Source: Jimgerdemannia flammicorona (taxonomy: Eukaryota). Taken from it: 36,388 nucleotides of DNA. Numbering within the stretch: the stretch's first letter is position 1; each line of letters starts with the position of its first letter. The notes beneath the pieces are model-generated. The model saw only the letters and a program-made list of their open reading frames with translations. It was not told the origin of the DNA and ran no database searches. The stretch lies in assembly GCA_003990765.1 (NCBI GenBank), contig RBNJ01000222.1, positions 1 to 36,388 of the forward strand, read 5' to 3'. Shown one piece after another: positions 22,776 through 36,000 of this stretch. A program made the translations under genes and the position numbers.

Positions 22776-25092
22776 TACAAATAGCAGTTATTTCACAAAT
22801 GTTAAAGTTTTGATAAATATTAATATTTTTACAAATATTGAGATTTTATAGATATTAAATCTTAATAATTATTAAAGATTTAACAGATATCAAGAATTAA
22901 TACTTGTAAAAAATGACTTACAGGAAATATAGTTATAACTTAGTCTCATATTTAGTAGCTAAATTAGTATACAAATTTGTATAAATATCTCCAGTATCTA
23001 GAGTGAATAAACCTCAGATCAAAATAGTTTAAAGTAAAGAGAAAGTAAGAAAACTAGTAAGTCTGTAGGCAGATATACTTTAAACTTACCCACCCCTATA
23101 TTCTGAGGACTCTGCAGAGTCAAAGAAGATCAAGTTTTCAAGAGATAGAATTCAACATACTTATACAGTTATATGTCTGTTATATTACAACTTAGTATCT
23201 ATTAGCTGGTAATTTAAGTCAAATTCCTCACTTTTAAGCTAAACAACAAACAACTACTACTATCTGAATAACTATACAAATCAAACCAAAATATCTAGAC
23301 AAGATAGATATGAGACTACTAGTATTCTACAGATATACTTTAGATAAATCAATCATCATCTTCATTAATGATTTTAAGCAATATACTACTATAAGAACTC
23401 TGACAGTAAAGCAGCAAGTAGCCCTCATACCTTTCAGTCTCTAAGGTCTAGCAAGAGCAGTATTCATAGCTGTAACCTATAAAGAAAATAATAACAATGT
23501 TGTACTAATAGTATAGAAGACCAGGCTTAGAGCTACCTACTATACAGATGAGATCAAGTAAGCTCTGAAGAATCAGCTCAATATAATATATCAAGGAATG
23601 AGTGAGAATTCAAACACATTCTATACTAGAATTTAATATTAGATAATCCTTATAGATTATGATGCTGCAATCTGAGATCAAGTAGCTGAGGCAACCTTTA
23701 TAAAGAGAGTCTACTTAGAAATAGCTATAGCCATCTAGCATCACTAGTAGTTCTGGACCTGACATAGAAGATCATCTATGCTTAGTGATACTGAATAGCC
23801 AGACATCTACAAGACTATATAATAAAAAGAGTCACTAGAGTTAGAATTGAAGTCTCTAAGATAACTAGTATAATCTCTACCATAGTGATCAATTGAAATA
23901 CATCTCAACTAAGAGCTATTGAGTAGTAAAGAAACAGTGACCCTATAGAGAAACTAGCTAAGAAGTTCACTAAAATGACTACTTATGTAAGAGATATGGT
24001 AAAAGAAATCAGAGGAAGAGATTACTATCCAGTTCAGAAGTTTGCTATTATCTTAGACAAAAAGAGAAGTATCTGCTATACTTGTGAAGAAGAAGGCCAC
24101 TACTTATATGAATATATAAGTAAAATCAAGTATAAGATATACTACTTGAAATAGAGAACAGACCAATACCATTATCTTTGAAGAAATTAGAGAATCTAAT
24201 AAAGAAGAATGAGAGGCCTACTCTATATAGATCACTAAGAAGGATGTTCATAAAGAACTCTACAAGAGATCATCAGGGAGACCCAATAAGAACTTAGTAA
24301 AAAAATAAATAGAAATTATCACAGAAAACCAAGCTAAAGAAATAAATCTAAATATGGAGTTTGAGAAAGCAGTTTAAGATATTATCTGAGAAACTACTCT
24401 AGTTCCAGTTAGTGAAGGAGAAAAGAAAAGGAAGCTTTGCAAAATCAAGACTTTTAAGTATGATATCTTCAAGGATCTTAGTCAATAAAAAGTCAATGCA
24501 ATCTTTGGCCAGCTGGTGGAAATCTTCACATTTAGATAGTAAATAAGATATAGACTTGCTGAGATAACTAATATCAACAATATTTAAGAAAACTCAGAAG
24601 ATGAAAGTGAAGATAATTACAAGACCTCTGCCTATATAATTTATCAAATTGAAGATAGAATCTTCAAGACCATCATTAATACTAGAGCAAGAGGATGCCT
24701 TCTCAGTAAGAAGGCAGCAGACTATCTAAGTTGAGAGGTTAAAGAAGCAACTAAGTTAGTATTTGTCACAGCAGATAGTATAAGAGCCACACCTCTAGAA
24801 AAGATCCAAGATATTTCCATCAAGTTTAAGAAGTAACCATCCTAGGTGATGTCATTATAATCAATACAACCAACTATGACATCCTTATTAGTAACTAATA
24901 ACTTCATAAAGCTAGTGTAATAATCAATCTGAATGCCCAAAAGATGCAGATTATCTACTAAAGATAGAAGATATAGATTTCCATCATATCAACAAAAAAG
25001 TACTCTCTGAAATAAAGAAAGAAGAAAGTGAATAAGAAGAAGCCTATATTATATGGGATAGATGGGTGTAATAAAGGACGAGTTTAAGTGAC

Positions 25093-25153
<61 letters not shown>

Positions 25154-28100
25154 AGCCTATATAGTGACCACTCAGAAAAAGAAGAAGAAAGTTGGATGGA
25201 TCAGTGAAGAGAACTGGTGCAAGAGGATTATTGAAGGATATATATCATAAGGAGTCTGCTCTTATAGAATTAAGATATATTATATGAAGTATGTCAATGA
25301 TTACTATCAGTATACTAGCAGAATCAAGAAGATCTATTATAAAAGAAAACAGAAGACTCTTGAGAAATAGACAAGAGAAGAGAAGGAGGAGGAAGAGAAT
25401 GATGAACCATCAGTCCTTCTGGAAGACAGTAATGATGAAGAGAAGATCAAGATCAAGATTCAGAAAATCTACTCTGATATAGTCCTATCAGAATACAAGT
25501 TAGAGAATATAGCTAGAATAGATATTACTACAGTAGAAGAAACTATACTTGAGCCCTAGACAACTATTCTATTTATAACTGATCTGGAGATAACTATTCT
25601 AAAAGACTATATTAGAATCATTAAGATAAGAAGCAGCCTGACCAAGAGTGAGATTACTATTGAAGGAGAAGTCATCAATTTGAATTACATATATCAGAGA
25701 AATACTACTCATTGCTAGAAACTACAACTCTATGATTTCATTCTAATCAAAAGGAAGAACTGACTAGTACAGATGTTAATCTTCTTAGTTCTTCAGCCAA
25801 AGTTCATAAAAGTTAAGAAGTTAGAGAAAATAGAGAGAAAAAGGAAGAAATTCAGATCTATAAGAAGAGGAGTATTCATCAGTACTAAGCTCATCAAACT
25901 AGATCATAAGAAAGAGGAAACTACAAATAAGCATAGCTATATTATTAAAAATGAATTCTCACTTAAGAAGAAATTCAAGAAGATACTTTATAAATTCAAG
26001 GATATTCTAGCTATAGATTTCAAGAACATTAAAGAAAAGACCCCACATTACTATCATGATATAGATATAGGGGACACTGAACCAATCTACTAAAAAGCAA
26101 GACCAATTCTACTAGCCTTCTGCAAATAGCTTAGAGAAGAAATCAAGCAGATGGAAGATGTCAATATTATCAAAGAAAATAGCAGTCCTTAGACTTTACT
26201 AGTTATACTAGCTCTGAAGAAAGAAAGCAAACTAGGAGAATTTGCTCCAAGGCTCTATACTGATTATAGGAAGCTCAATCTAGCTATCAAGAAGGACTAT
26301 TAATTACTACTCCTTATCAGTGATATCCTTATAACTCTGAGAGATAAAGTATAGTATTACAGTATTTTAGATTTATATTTAGAATTCTATCAAATCAGCC
26401 TCACAGAAGTAGCAAGTGATAAGTCAGCCTTTATCACTTCAGATAGAACTTATGTCTATCTATAAATGTCATTTAGAATGTATAATATATCAATAAGCTT
26501 CTAGTGAATGATGAACAAAATCTTCTGCTATGATATGGAAAGATGGGTGGTGGTTTATATAGATGATTTTATTATCTACAGTAAAATAGCTAAAGAATAT
26601 CTATAGTATATCTAGCAGATGATGGAGAAGCTAAGGAAGTATAGCCTATATATCAAGTCCAAGAAGTGTAAGTTTGTAGAAATCAAGATCTCTTACCTTA
26701 GTCATATTATTAACTAAGATAGAACACATACAGACACTCTCAAGATTCAAGCAGTAGCAGTATATCTAAAGTCCACCACTGTCACTAAAGCCCAAGTCTT
26801 TATGAGACTCACCTTATACTACTGCAGATTTATCAAAGAATTCTCCAATATTACAGATCTAATCTATGAATTCAATAAGAAGAATATCAAGTTCTAATAG
26901 ACTGACAGATAATAAAAAGTATTCAATGAACTCAAGATCAGATTGACCCAAGCACCTATCTTCAGAAGACCTGATTGGACTCAAGAATTCATTCTGTAGA
27001 CAGATACAAGTATATAAAAACTAGGAGTAGTTCTGGTCCAGAAGAAAGACAAAGTAGAGTATATCATTAGCTGAGAAATCTGAGGAGTCAAAAAAGAATA
27101 TAAATTCCATAAGTTAAAATGTTTTGCAGTTATCTGAGCTATAGAAAAGTTTCACTACTACTTCACTGAAATTTGCTTCACTATTCAGACAGACTATTCA
27201 GTTCTTACCTAACTACTGACTACTAGGCAAACCAAAGAAATCTATACCAGATAGATTATAAAGTTATAGGCCTATGATATAACCATTGTGCACTACTCTG
27301 GAAGAACTAATACTAATACAGATGCTCTCTTACAGATACTCTAAAGAACTCTCAACCTATAAATCAACAATGAATAAGGAGCTTTATTACAGAATTATCA
27401 CTTATCTGGGATAGCAAAAGATGCCCCAATATCTGAAAGAATGGATACAAATAATTATTAACAAAATATGAAAATAATTCAAAACTAATAGAAAATATTA
27501 AAGAAAGGAAAACTATTAGTCATATCTAAGTATAAGAAGAAGCAAGTAATGAAATCAGTATATGAACTTAGCTATCTAGAAGAAATAAATACTTATAAAA
27601 AAGCAAGAAGAACAATGTAGTAGCCAGGAATAAAGGAAGATATCAGATGATTTGTCAAGACCTATGATAAATATCAAAAATAGAAATAATATCAACAAAA
27701 TCAGACTCTAGAATTAGTATAAATAGAATCAGTATCTTTTGCCTATATAGCAATATAATTAGTCCTCTATCCTTGACTTTGACTGGCAACTGATACATCA
27801 TTATTATTGTAGACCTTTTTATAAAATAAATAGAGACAGAATCTCTCAAAGAAGCCAATATACAGTTAATTGCTAATTTATTCTACAAAGAAATCATCTG
27901 CTGATTCAAGACCCTATTATAGGTAACTATAGACAGAGGAATAGAATTTGTAAACCAGTTCATTAAGATTCTCTATAAGAAGTACAAGATTCAGCATATT
28001 CTATTATCTTTAAGAAAATGGATAAGCAGAAAGAATCAATAAGATCTTTAAGAATATTATTACCAAGATTTACAATAACTATGAAAACTGAGACCACTAT

Positions 28101-29172
28101 CTGCCAATAGCATTATCTGCTCTTTAGAATATCTGATCATAAAGTACCTATTTTATCTCTCAGAAAATACTGTTTAGAGAAGAAAGTTCTCAGAGAATTC
28201 TATTATTCAATAGAGATACTATATGGAAATACATAGATATAGAGATATAGAGACTATATCAAATCAGAAAGAATGCTGAGGATTATATAACTAAGATACA
28301 GGTATTATAACATAATAATATAGAAAAGATTCACAAATCTCTGAAGATTATCAAGATAAAAGACAAAGTTCTGATATATTAGAATATAGTAGAAGCTTCA
28401 TGGTTATAAAAGCTGGAGCCTAAGTAGAAAGGACCTTATCTTATACAAGATATAAAAGGAATTATCTTTTGGCTATAAAAACTCTCAGATATAATTATCT
28501 CTACTGAAATCTACTCAAAAAGTATTATAACTAATCAATAAAGTACTGCTGCAGCCCTCAAGATCACTAGTACTATATAATGAGTTATAGAAAGACAATA
28601 GTATACTACTGAGCCATCTATAATAGAGGAATCCTTTGATAGTATCTAGAGCATAGTGTAGATATACTTGTCATGAATTTTATATTTCAAGACTTATCAG
28701 AACTAGACAGAATTTTAAGAATATTTCAAGTTAGAACAGCTACTAAACTTACAGTCTGAGATGGGAAAAGAAGACTGAATTAGAAAGTGCTAGCTCTCTT
28801 ATATATAAATCACTATTATCAAATAGATTAATAAGTTATTCAAAGATGATAAGCCAGCTCTGGCTCATTTCTGAGAAATAGTTCTAAGAGACTTCAGACA
28901 TATTAAGAGATATAATTGAGAAAATATAATAATGCAAATCATATAGTACAAGGAGATATAACTTATAGAAGCTTGGGAGTTCAAGTGAATAGAATGTTTT
29001 AGAGATAAATCACCTATTCAGAAGGAAGTTATAATGGTTAATCTAAATTAGAAATATAAATTAGAGGAATAGACATTTGATTATAGTATCTGAATTTAAT
29101 TTTCAAATATAGTATAGCTTTACAAATAGTAGTTATTTTACAAATATTAAAGTTTTGATAAATATTAATGTT
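22776..29172 (+). mobile_element. Second, heavily mutated dUTPase-Gypsy element (diverged subfamily); both LTRs truncated
   Basis: 5' LTR part 22776-23189, decayed PBS, gag ATG 23310, knuckle about 24074, dUTPase about 25450-25865, YIDD about 26556, integrase ATG 27370, ORF3 28527-28988, PPT, and 3' LTR start 29030-29172. Confidence 0.93.
25050..25149 (+). mobile_element. Tiny retroposed insertion: 46-nt 3' end with AATAAA plus poly(A)
   Basis: Flanked by the duplication AAGAAGCCTATAT (25037-25049, 25150-25162). AATAAA at 25070-25075, 20 nt before the tail. Confidence 0.85.
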
Positions 29173-30675
29173 TGTAAGCACACAACCTCCAAGCTACCAA
29201 AATTGCATGTCATCCTCAGAACTAATTTGGAAACCACATGTAAGATCACAAAACAAGTTATTGAAGAGAACATCTGATTATACAAAATATGCCAGCAAAT
29301 ACAAGAACCTACTGCCAAGACACAAGAATACCAGAAGAAGTACTACAACCATAAGACTAACTCTGAACCTCTATAACTAGTTTGGTGTACTATACTATTA
29401 CAAAAGGAAACCTAAAGTATCAAACTCAAACTGAGACAAGAAGAACCCTATCTCATCCATCAAAGGTTCATAAACTACACTTATCAAACTCAAGACCAAG
29501 ATATACCATGACTATACAAGATTTCATTACTTAGCAGAAGCAAAATGTATTTGAACAACTCTGTTCACTCTATCTATATCACCTCTATTGGAGAGTGACA
29601 GATACTTCATCTGAACTTAAGAAAGCTGACATCATCGAAACCAATCTCAAGCCATCTACATGACAGATATTACTACTAGAAATTGCCTCAGATTATAGAA
29701 AATATTATATCCAAGAGGTTCAAATCCCCAGCCACAATATTGAGAGCCCTTGCTCTAGACAAGGATAGCCAGTCCTCACAAATGCACCAGCAGGCCAAAA
29801 AAAAAAAGAGAACCAAGACCTATTATCCTTATACAACCACCACCACTAAGGACAGCCTTAATCTTGTAAAAGATAGAAGTGATGATACCTTAAAACTGAT
29901 GATGTCAGAAGTCAGAAAACTGCTCAAACTTTGCCAGAGATAATACCATCAATGGTGATATTATCAAAGACTAATCAGACAGCATCTAAATCTATAAATA
30001 GCTTAGCAGTCATAATATAGTTAGATTAGTCTTATATAATGTGACTGTGAACTGACTCAGCAGTCAGATGATCTCTTGATATATCAGATCACCCTTGTAC
30101 TATATGACTGCATTCCGACTCAGTAAGATACTAAGTACTATATCCATATTCAGCATAGTCCAGATAGCTCCTCATTAGTATAAATACCCCCTCCCCCAGA
30201 CCTCAGAATATCAGACTTAAACACTTGAACAATCTGAACACAACTCCTGAACACTTTTCCACAATATCCCTTCACACAACTACTCCTAGTATAGTAATAT
30301 CATGAATAGCAAATAAACCTATTTAATAATCCATAAATCACTCTTAAGTAAATCTGCTCTCTGTTAGGTCCCACTCCTAACCCCATTATAAAATTTCCTA
30401 ATTGAGTATTGTCTGCAGCAATATGCCAATTCAACTAAGCTGGTCTTAGTTTCTTGAACTTCCTGAAATACAGAAAATTCTGAACATCCAGAACTAGTTT
30501 AAAAAAGGACTTTGGTTGAGACATCAACCTGAACTTGAAATCAATAAGTATAGAGGACATACTCTATATGAAATTGATCTTGACCTTAAGAAAACAGTCT
30601 TCCAGAATATTCAGAACTTCTAGAAGACTCTTTCAGAACTATGTAATAGTTATCCTAAAAAGCAACTCTCTTACA
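29173..30675 (+). repeat. 5' LTR (1503 bp) of a chromovirus-family copy inserted into the 3' LTR of the second Gypsy
   Basis: TGTAAG...CTTACA termini; homologous to 2087-3592. Followed by TGATAGCAG (iMet-like PBS TGGTAGCAG with one G>A) and about 300 bp of probable leader/gag. Confidence 0.9.
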
Positions 30676-31062
30676 ACTTGATAGCAGTGGTTTACAATCC
30701 AATTCCACTTCAAGATACTTCCTTACTCTACTACTAACCCTTCTAAGAATTCCTATAAGTTGGTATAAAGCCCAACCTCTGAACTAGAATTTATCCTGAA
30801 CCATCTGACAATCTGGAGTGAATTGAACCTGATGTATAAGAACAATTTGACCTCTATATCTGTAACAAGTGGGACAAACTTCATTTGAAGAAAGAAATAC
30901 TTCAGTTAAATCAGTAAATAAGCAAAACCCTATTTACCAAACTCCTTGCACTATACCCAGCAAGTCAGGATGAAGAAGGTCTTATAGAAGTCAACTTTTC
31001 ACCAGTAATATTCGGGTGACACAAGACTCAGACAACACTTTTTACAACATTTTTGGTGTCCA

Positions 31063-32991
31063 ATGACTAACAACATGGATGGCAATGATCAATCTGGTGA
31101 GTGTACTGACCAGGGGGGTAATGGCACCTTTGGCTGGCAGCAGGTGGGGAGGAGGGGAGATGGTTTGGGGATGCCAGGGGCCTCGATGGCTAGCCGAGGC
31201 CCCAGCGGCGGAGGGAGGGGAGGTCTGAGGCAGAGAGGAGGGGAGAGGTCAACCTTTGCTGACAAGGTCAGGATAGGGAAGATGGCTTCTGGACTGGATA
31301 GTTGGCTGGGCCTGGGGAAGGCAGCGATGGCTACTGCTGGGGGTCAGGGAGGCGCATCCCAGGGTACTTCTGGTGGTAGGGAAGGGGCCGGAGTAGGGGC
31401 TGGAGATGTGACTGTTGATGGAGCTGTGACTGGGGATCTGGCAAAAAATCCAGATGTGACGGTGGTTGGCAATTCAGGGCTTGGAATGGGCACGAGGCCC
31501 GGGGACCTGGCGGATGGGGTGACGGGCATGGTGTCAGCCCCGTTACTCAAGAAGTCGAGGTCCGAATTCGCGGTCACGATGTGCTTCCAGGGCTTGGCAG
31601 TGATGGCGAGGATGATTTTGGGGCTGATGGTGCAGGAGGCTAAGGGAGCGGCATCAGTGAAGTTCTTGAGGGGAAAGGAAGGGGTTGAGATGGGGTTTGA
31701 GGAGGAGGACGCCTTGTTGGCGGCCATGGAGAAGGGGGTGATGGTTGGCGGGGTTGTGGTCCCTATGGCAAGGTGTATGTACTGGGACCCCTGGGTGGTA
31801 CAGTTGATGGTGTTGGACCTCCCTATGGTGTCAAAGGAAAGGACCAGAGAGTTGGTTATGGAGGCGATCAAGGAGTATGGCGAGATTGTGGATGTTGAAT
31901 TTAAGGTCTGGGAGGGCACAGAGCTTAGAACTGGAGATGTCGATGTCAGGGTGAGACTGGCTGGAAAGGAGAATATGGGGAAGTCGAGGGACTGGCCAGC
32001 AGCGCTGAGGTGGGGACAGGTGGAGTGCAAGGTCACTAGGGTGAAGGGGACTCAGGAGGAGGAGGAGGACCTGTTGGAAGCTCTGGAGGATCTGGAAGGG
32101 GCAGTTGCAAGGAGGAGATCAGCCTGGAAGGAGTTTGAGGCAAGGACGGTGGTGGGGGAGATGGATGAGAAGAGGGTTCGGATGGAGAAGGGGGCCTGGG
32201 AGAAGTTGCAGGGGAGGAGAATTCAGAAGGAGTTGTTGGCGAAATTGAGCAGGGGTGGGGCTGGTGGAAGCTCTGGAGTGGGGGCTGCAGGGCTGCAGGA
32301 GAGCGCCTGGGCTGAAGGGGGAGAGATGGCCCAGGGCGGGGCTCAGATTGGAGTCGAAGAGGGGAGGGAGGATAACTTGGAGGTGGATACTGAGATGGGA
32401 GATGGTGGCCGCCCTCAGTATAGTATTCCAAATGGGGCGGGAGGTGAGGAAGAGCTGATGGATGTACCGGATGAGGAGTGGGATGAGTCAGTGAGGAGGA
32501 GCGTGCTGGTGGACCCCAAGGTGGATGGGGGACAGATTGCTCAGGGGGCGGCAGAGGCAGTAGATGAGGAGAAGTGGATGTGGAAGACTCTGGAAGGGGT
32601 AGCGGCTGAGGAGCTGGGGGGTGAGGACTTCAGGGTGATGGAGGAGAGGCATTGGAAGGAGATTCTACATGGGGAAGAGGTGCCGAGGAAGATGAGGAAT
32701 GAGATCCTGGTGGTCCTCCTGGAGTCAGTTGAGTATCAGGTTGATGATCAGCGAGAGGAGGAGCTTAGGAGGATCGCGAGTGACAGGGCACTTGTCTTGT
32801 GGAACTCGAGGAAGGGACTTGAGAAGTGGCGTGCAGTCTGCCTGGATTACAGGGCGGATATGGAGGAGGTGAACAGGGTGGAGTATCAGGAAATCTTGGG
32901 GGCACTGGATGCTCGGGATATCGCAGAGGGTGAATTGGAGGCTGAGCAGCTCTTGGACTTGGCGAGGGATGAGATGAGCATGGAATTATAG
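31063..32991 (+). CDS. LINE (L1/Tx1 clade) ORF1, probable RNA-binding protein, 642 aa, intact
   Basis: Long uninterrupted ORF directly upstream of an APE-RT ORF2. RGG-rich N-terminus; central RRM-like block (VLDLP...IKEYGEIVDV...RTGD). Confidence 0.8.
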   Translation: MTNNMDGNDQSGECTDQGGNGTFGWQQVGRRGDGLGMPGASMASRGPSGGGRGGLRQRGGERSTFADKVRIGKMASGLDSWLGLGKAAMATAGGQGGASQGTSGGREGAGVGAGDVTVDGAVTGDLAKNPDVTVVGNSGLGMGTRPGDLADGVTGMVSAPLLKKSRSEFAVTMCFQGLAVMARMILGLMVQEAKGAASVKFLRGKEGVEMGFEEEDALLAAMEKGVMVGGVVVPMARCMYWDPWVVQLMVLDLPMVSKERTRELVMEAIKEYGEIVDVEFKVWEGTELRTGDVDVRVRLAGKENMGKSRDWPAALRWGQVECKVTRVKGTQEEEEDLLEALEDLEGAVARRRSAWKEFEARTVVGEMDEKRVRMEKGAWEKLQGRRIQKELLAKLSRGGAGGSSGVGAAGLQESAWAEGGEMAQGGAQIGVEEGREDNLEVDTEMGDGGRPQYSIPNGAGGEEELMDVPDEEWDESVRRSVLVDPKVDGGQIAQGAAEAVDEEKWMWKTLEGVAAEELGGEDFRVMEERHWKEILHGEEVPRKMRNEILVVLLESVEYQVDDQREEELRRIASDRALVLWNSRKGLEKWRAVCLDYRADMEEVNRVEYQEILGALDARDIAEGELEAEQLLDLARDEMSMEL

Positions 32992-33022
32992 GCTGAGGTC
33001 TCTTCTACAATATCTATTCAAT

Positions 33023-36000
33023 ATGAACAGTACAACTAGGATATTCTCATTGAACATTAATGGGTTACGGGGGGAGGCTAGAAGGAAGTATATCTTTGGT
33101 TGGCTTCGGGGTCTGGATGCGGACCTCTTCTTGTTACAGGATGTTCAGTATGATGCAGATGTGGATTCACAGGATTGAACTAAGGAATGGGGGGGTGCAG
33201 CAGTTTGGAGGGGGAAAGTGGGTATTCTTGTTCGGAAAGAGATGGGGGACATTGGGGACATTGGACATTGGGGGTCGTGGGTGGTATGGGGAGTTTGGAA
33301 GAGGCCTGGATGGGGCTCGCTGATGGTTGGGTCTTGTTACTGCCTGGCTGAGAGAGGGGAGAGAGTGGAGTGGATTTGCAGTCTGAAAGAGGCTGGTTTA
33401 TTGGGAGAAGTTGGGTTTGACTGTTTGGGGGGGGACTTCAACATGGTACGGGATAAGGAGTTGGACAGGACTGATGGCGGGAGAGGCATGCGAGGTGAAA
33501 GTGGTGGGTTGGCAGAATGGCTGGAGATGGAAAGGTTGTGTTCTTTAGTGGACTCAGGGAGACATTTTTGGGCTGATAGGCAGGTGTATACTCATTGGGC
33601 AGCAGGACTGGGCTCTAGGATTGACTGGGTTCTTACGGCAGAGTGTTGGGGAGCGGATGTCTGGAAGGTGCTGGGAGTCATATGGTGTCCATGGTCTGAT
33701 CACTGGGGGTTGCTTGGAGAGGAGAGGTTTGGGGGAAATGGGGATGGGCCCGGATATTGGCGGCTAAATTCTTCCTTGTTGGAGGATAAGGCGTTGTAGG
33801 AGGGTTGGGAAACAGAGGTGGTTGGTGCTATTGGCAGGTGGCGGGATCAAGGACTAGTGATTGGGGACTGCTGGAGAAGGTTGAAGGTGAAGGCTCAGGG
33901 GTATTGGAGGGAAGCAGGGAAAGGAAAGTGTGCTCAGTGAAGGCAGCGGGTAATGTGGGCCTCGCGGCATTTGGCGGAGCTCATGGAGAGATGGGCGGGT
34001 GTGCTGGAGGATAGGGCCGAGACTGATTGGCATATTGCGAGGATCCGGCAGGAGGTAGAGGAGCTTAAAGGGGTGCTATGGTGGGAGGAAGAGGAGTAGT
34101 TGCAGGGGATGGTGGCCCACTTGCGCTGGCAGGGGCTTGAGGAAGGGGAGAGACCTACCAGGTTCTTGTCATGGTTGTTACAAGCACGAAGGACGAGGCA
34201 GTGGTGGGAGGGAGTTTTGGATGAGAATGGCGAGCTGGTGGTGGGGACTCCGGCGATTTTGGGCCTATTGCGATCTCAGTGGGGGAACCTTTGGAGTGAG
34301 GATGAAGGGGGACTGAATGCTCAGGATGTTGACAGGCAGCTGGGGGATTGGCACCCAGACCCTGCCATGGGACTTGAGGCATTGGGGGACCCGGTGAGTG
34401 GCGAGGAGATTTGCAAGGTGGTGGCCTCTACGAGTAAAGGGACAGCCCCGGGAGAGGATGGTCTCCCCTGGGATTTTTGGCAGAAGATGACAGGGGTGCG
34501 TGAGGTGCTAGAGGAAATGATGGCTATGTGTGATGAAGTTCTTCGGTCTGGTACCTGGATTGGGGGACAGCGCTTGGGGCTGGTCTCCTTGCTATATAAG
34601 AACAAGGGCAGGAGGGAGGATTGGAAGAACTGGTGGCCGATCATGCTTCTGGACATGGACCGCAAACTGGTGACGAAGATCTTGGTGCTGCGGTTGCAAG
34701 GGATTACACAGCAGGTGCTTGGTTTGAAGCAACGTGGGTTTGTCAGTGGTCAGTTGATTCGCGATGGGATGGCCTGGGTTCATAGAGTGATTGAAGGTGC
34801 CCGGGCTACAGGGGTGAATGGCAGATTGGTATTTTTGGACCAGGAGAAGGCTTATGATAGAGTACGGAGAATATGGCTGGAAGGAGTATTGAAGCGGATT
34901 GGTATCCCCCCGGGGTTCCGAGGTTCATTGATCAGACTCTTGGAGGACAGTCAGGCGGCATTGGTCATCAATGGCCACTGGGGGGTGACCTTCCCCCTGG
35001 GCCGTGGGGTGCCACAAGGGGACCCCTTGTTACCCATATTGTATGCCCTTTCCCTGGAGCCACTACTGGACAGGATTCGGTATAAGATTGGAGGTTTGGA
35101 CATTTTGGGGGTGAACTGGAAGGTGGGGGCCTTTGCCGATGACATGGTGGTCAGACTGGGTTCCTTGGAAGATGTTGGGGAGTTGCAGAGAATGATGGAA
35201 TGGTATGAGCGGGGTTCTGGTGCTAAACTGAACTGGCACAAATGCGAGACACTGGTTCTGGGCACTGAAATTGTGGGTGGCGATGTTATTGGGACGGTGG
35301 TTCCTGCTGGTGAGCCAGTGCACTACTTGGGGATCTACTTCTCGGTGTTCAGTTCTCTTCTTCCCCGGGCATGGTGGGACTGTAAACTGTTGGAGTGGGG
35401 CAATGTCTTGATATGATGGAGAGGCTGGCATATGTCCCTTGCCGGAAGGGTGATGGTGTTGAATGTGTACTGGATGCCAAAGCTATGGTATGTTGAATAT
35501 CATTTGGATTTCCCACCATGGGTGGTCAAGGGGTTGTTGAAGATGGCGAGGTCATAGATTTGGGGAGGGCGGCAGAGCCAGGTTGGTTGAGAAGGGCTCA
35601 CACTGCCCTTGGAGAGAGGTGGGCTGGGCTTAGTGGACTTTACTAAGTGGCTTTTATGTCTGAGAGTCTGGTGGCTAAGGAGGGTGAGTGAGCTTAGAGG
35701 TCGGGAGTGGGTGCCACTCATGCAGAGGTTGTGGGAGGTTCGATACTCCCCACGTGGTGGCTCTGGCGACCTACTTGCAATAGTGGCCATAGAAGGGAGC
35801 TAGAAAATGCGGTTTACAGGCTTTTGGTAGGGAGCGGTGGATGGAGCTAGGAAAATCGGCCTTCAGTGGCGAGGCGACGAGGCCGAGGAGGTTTGGGGAC
35901 TGCAGATGTGGAGATGGGACAGGCTTCTGTTGGGTGGTGTTCCGGTAGAGGACTTTCAGCTTGGTGAGGGTCTGGAGTGCCTGCGAGGCCTAGGTGGAGA

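Noticed and set aside
31344..35790. Antisense ORFs over the LINE, and similar ones over the Gypsy and PLE
   Set aside because: Expected by-products of strand-biased composition; no recognisable motifs.
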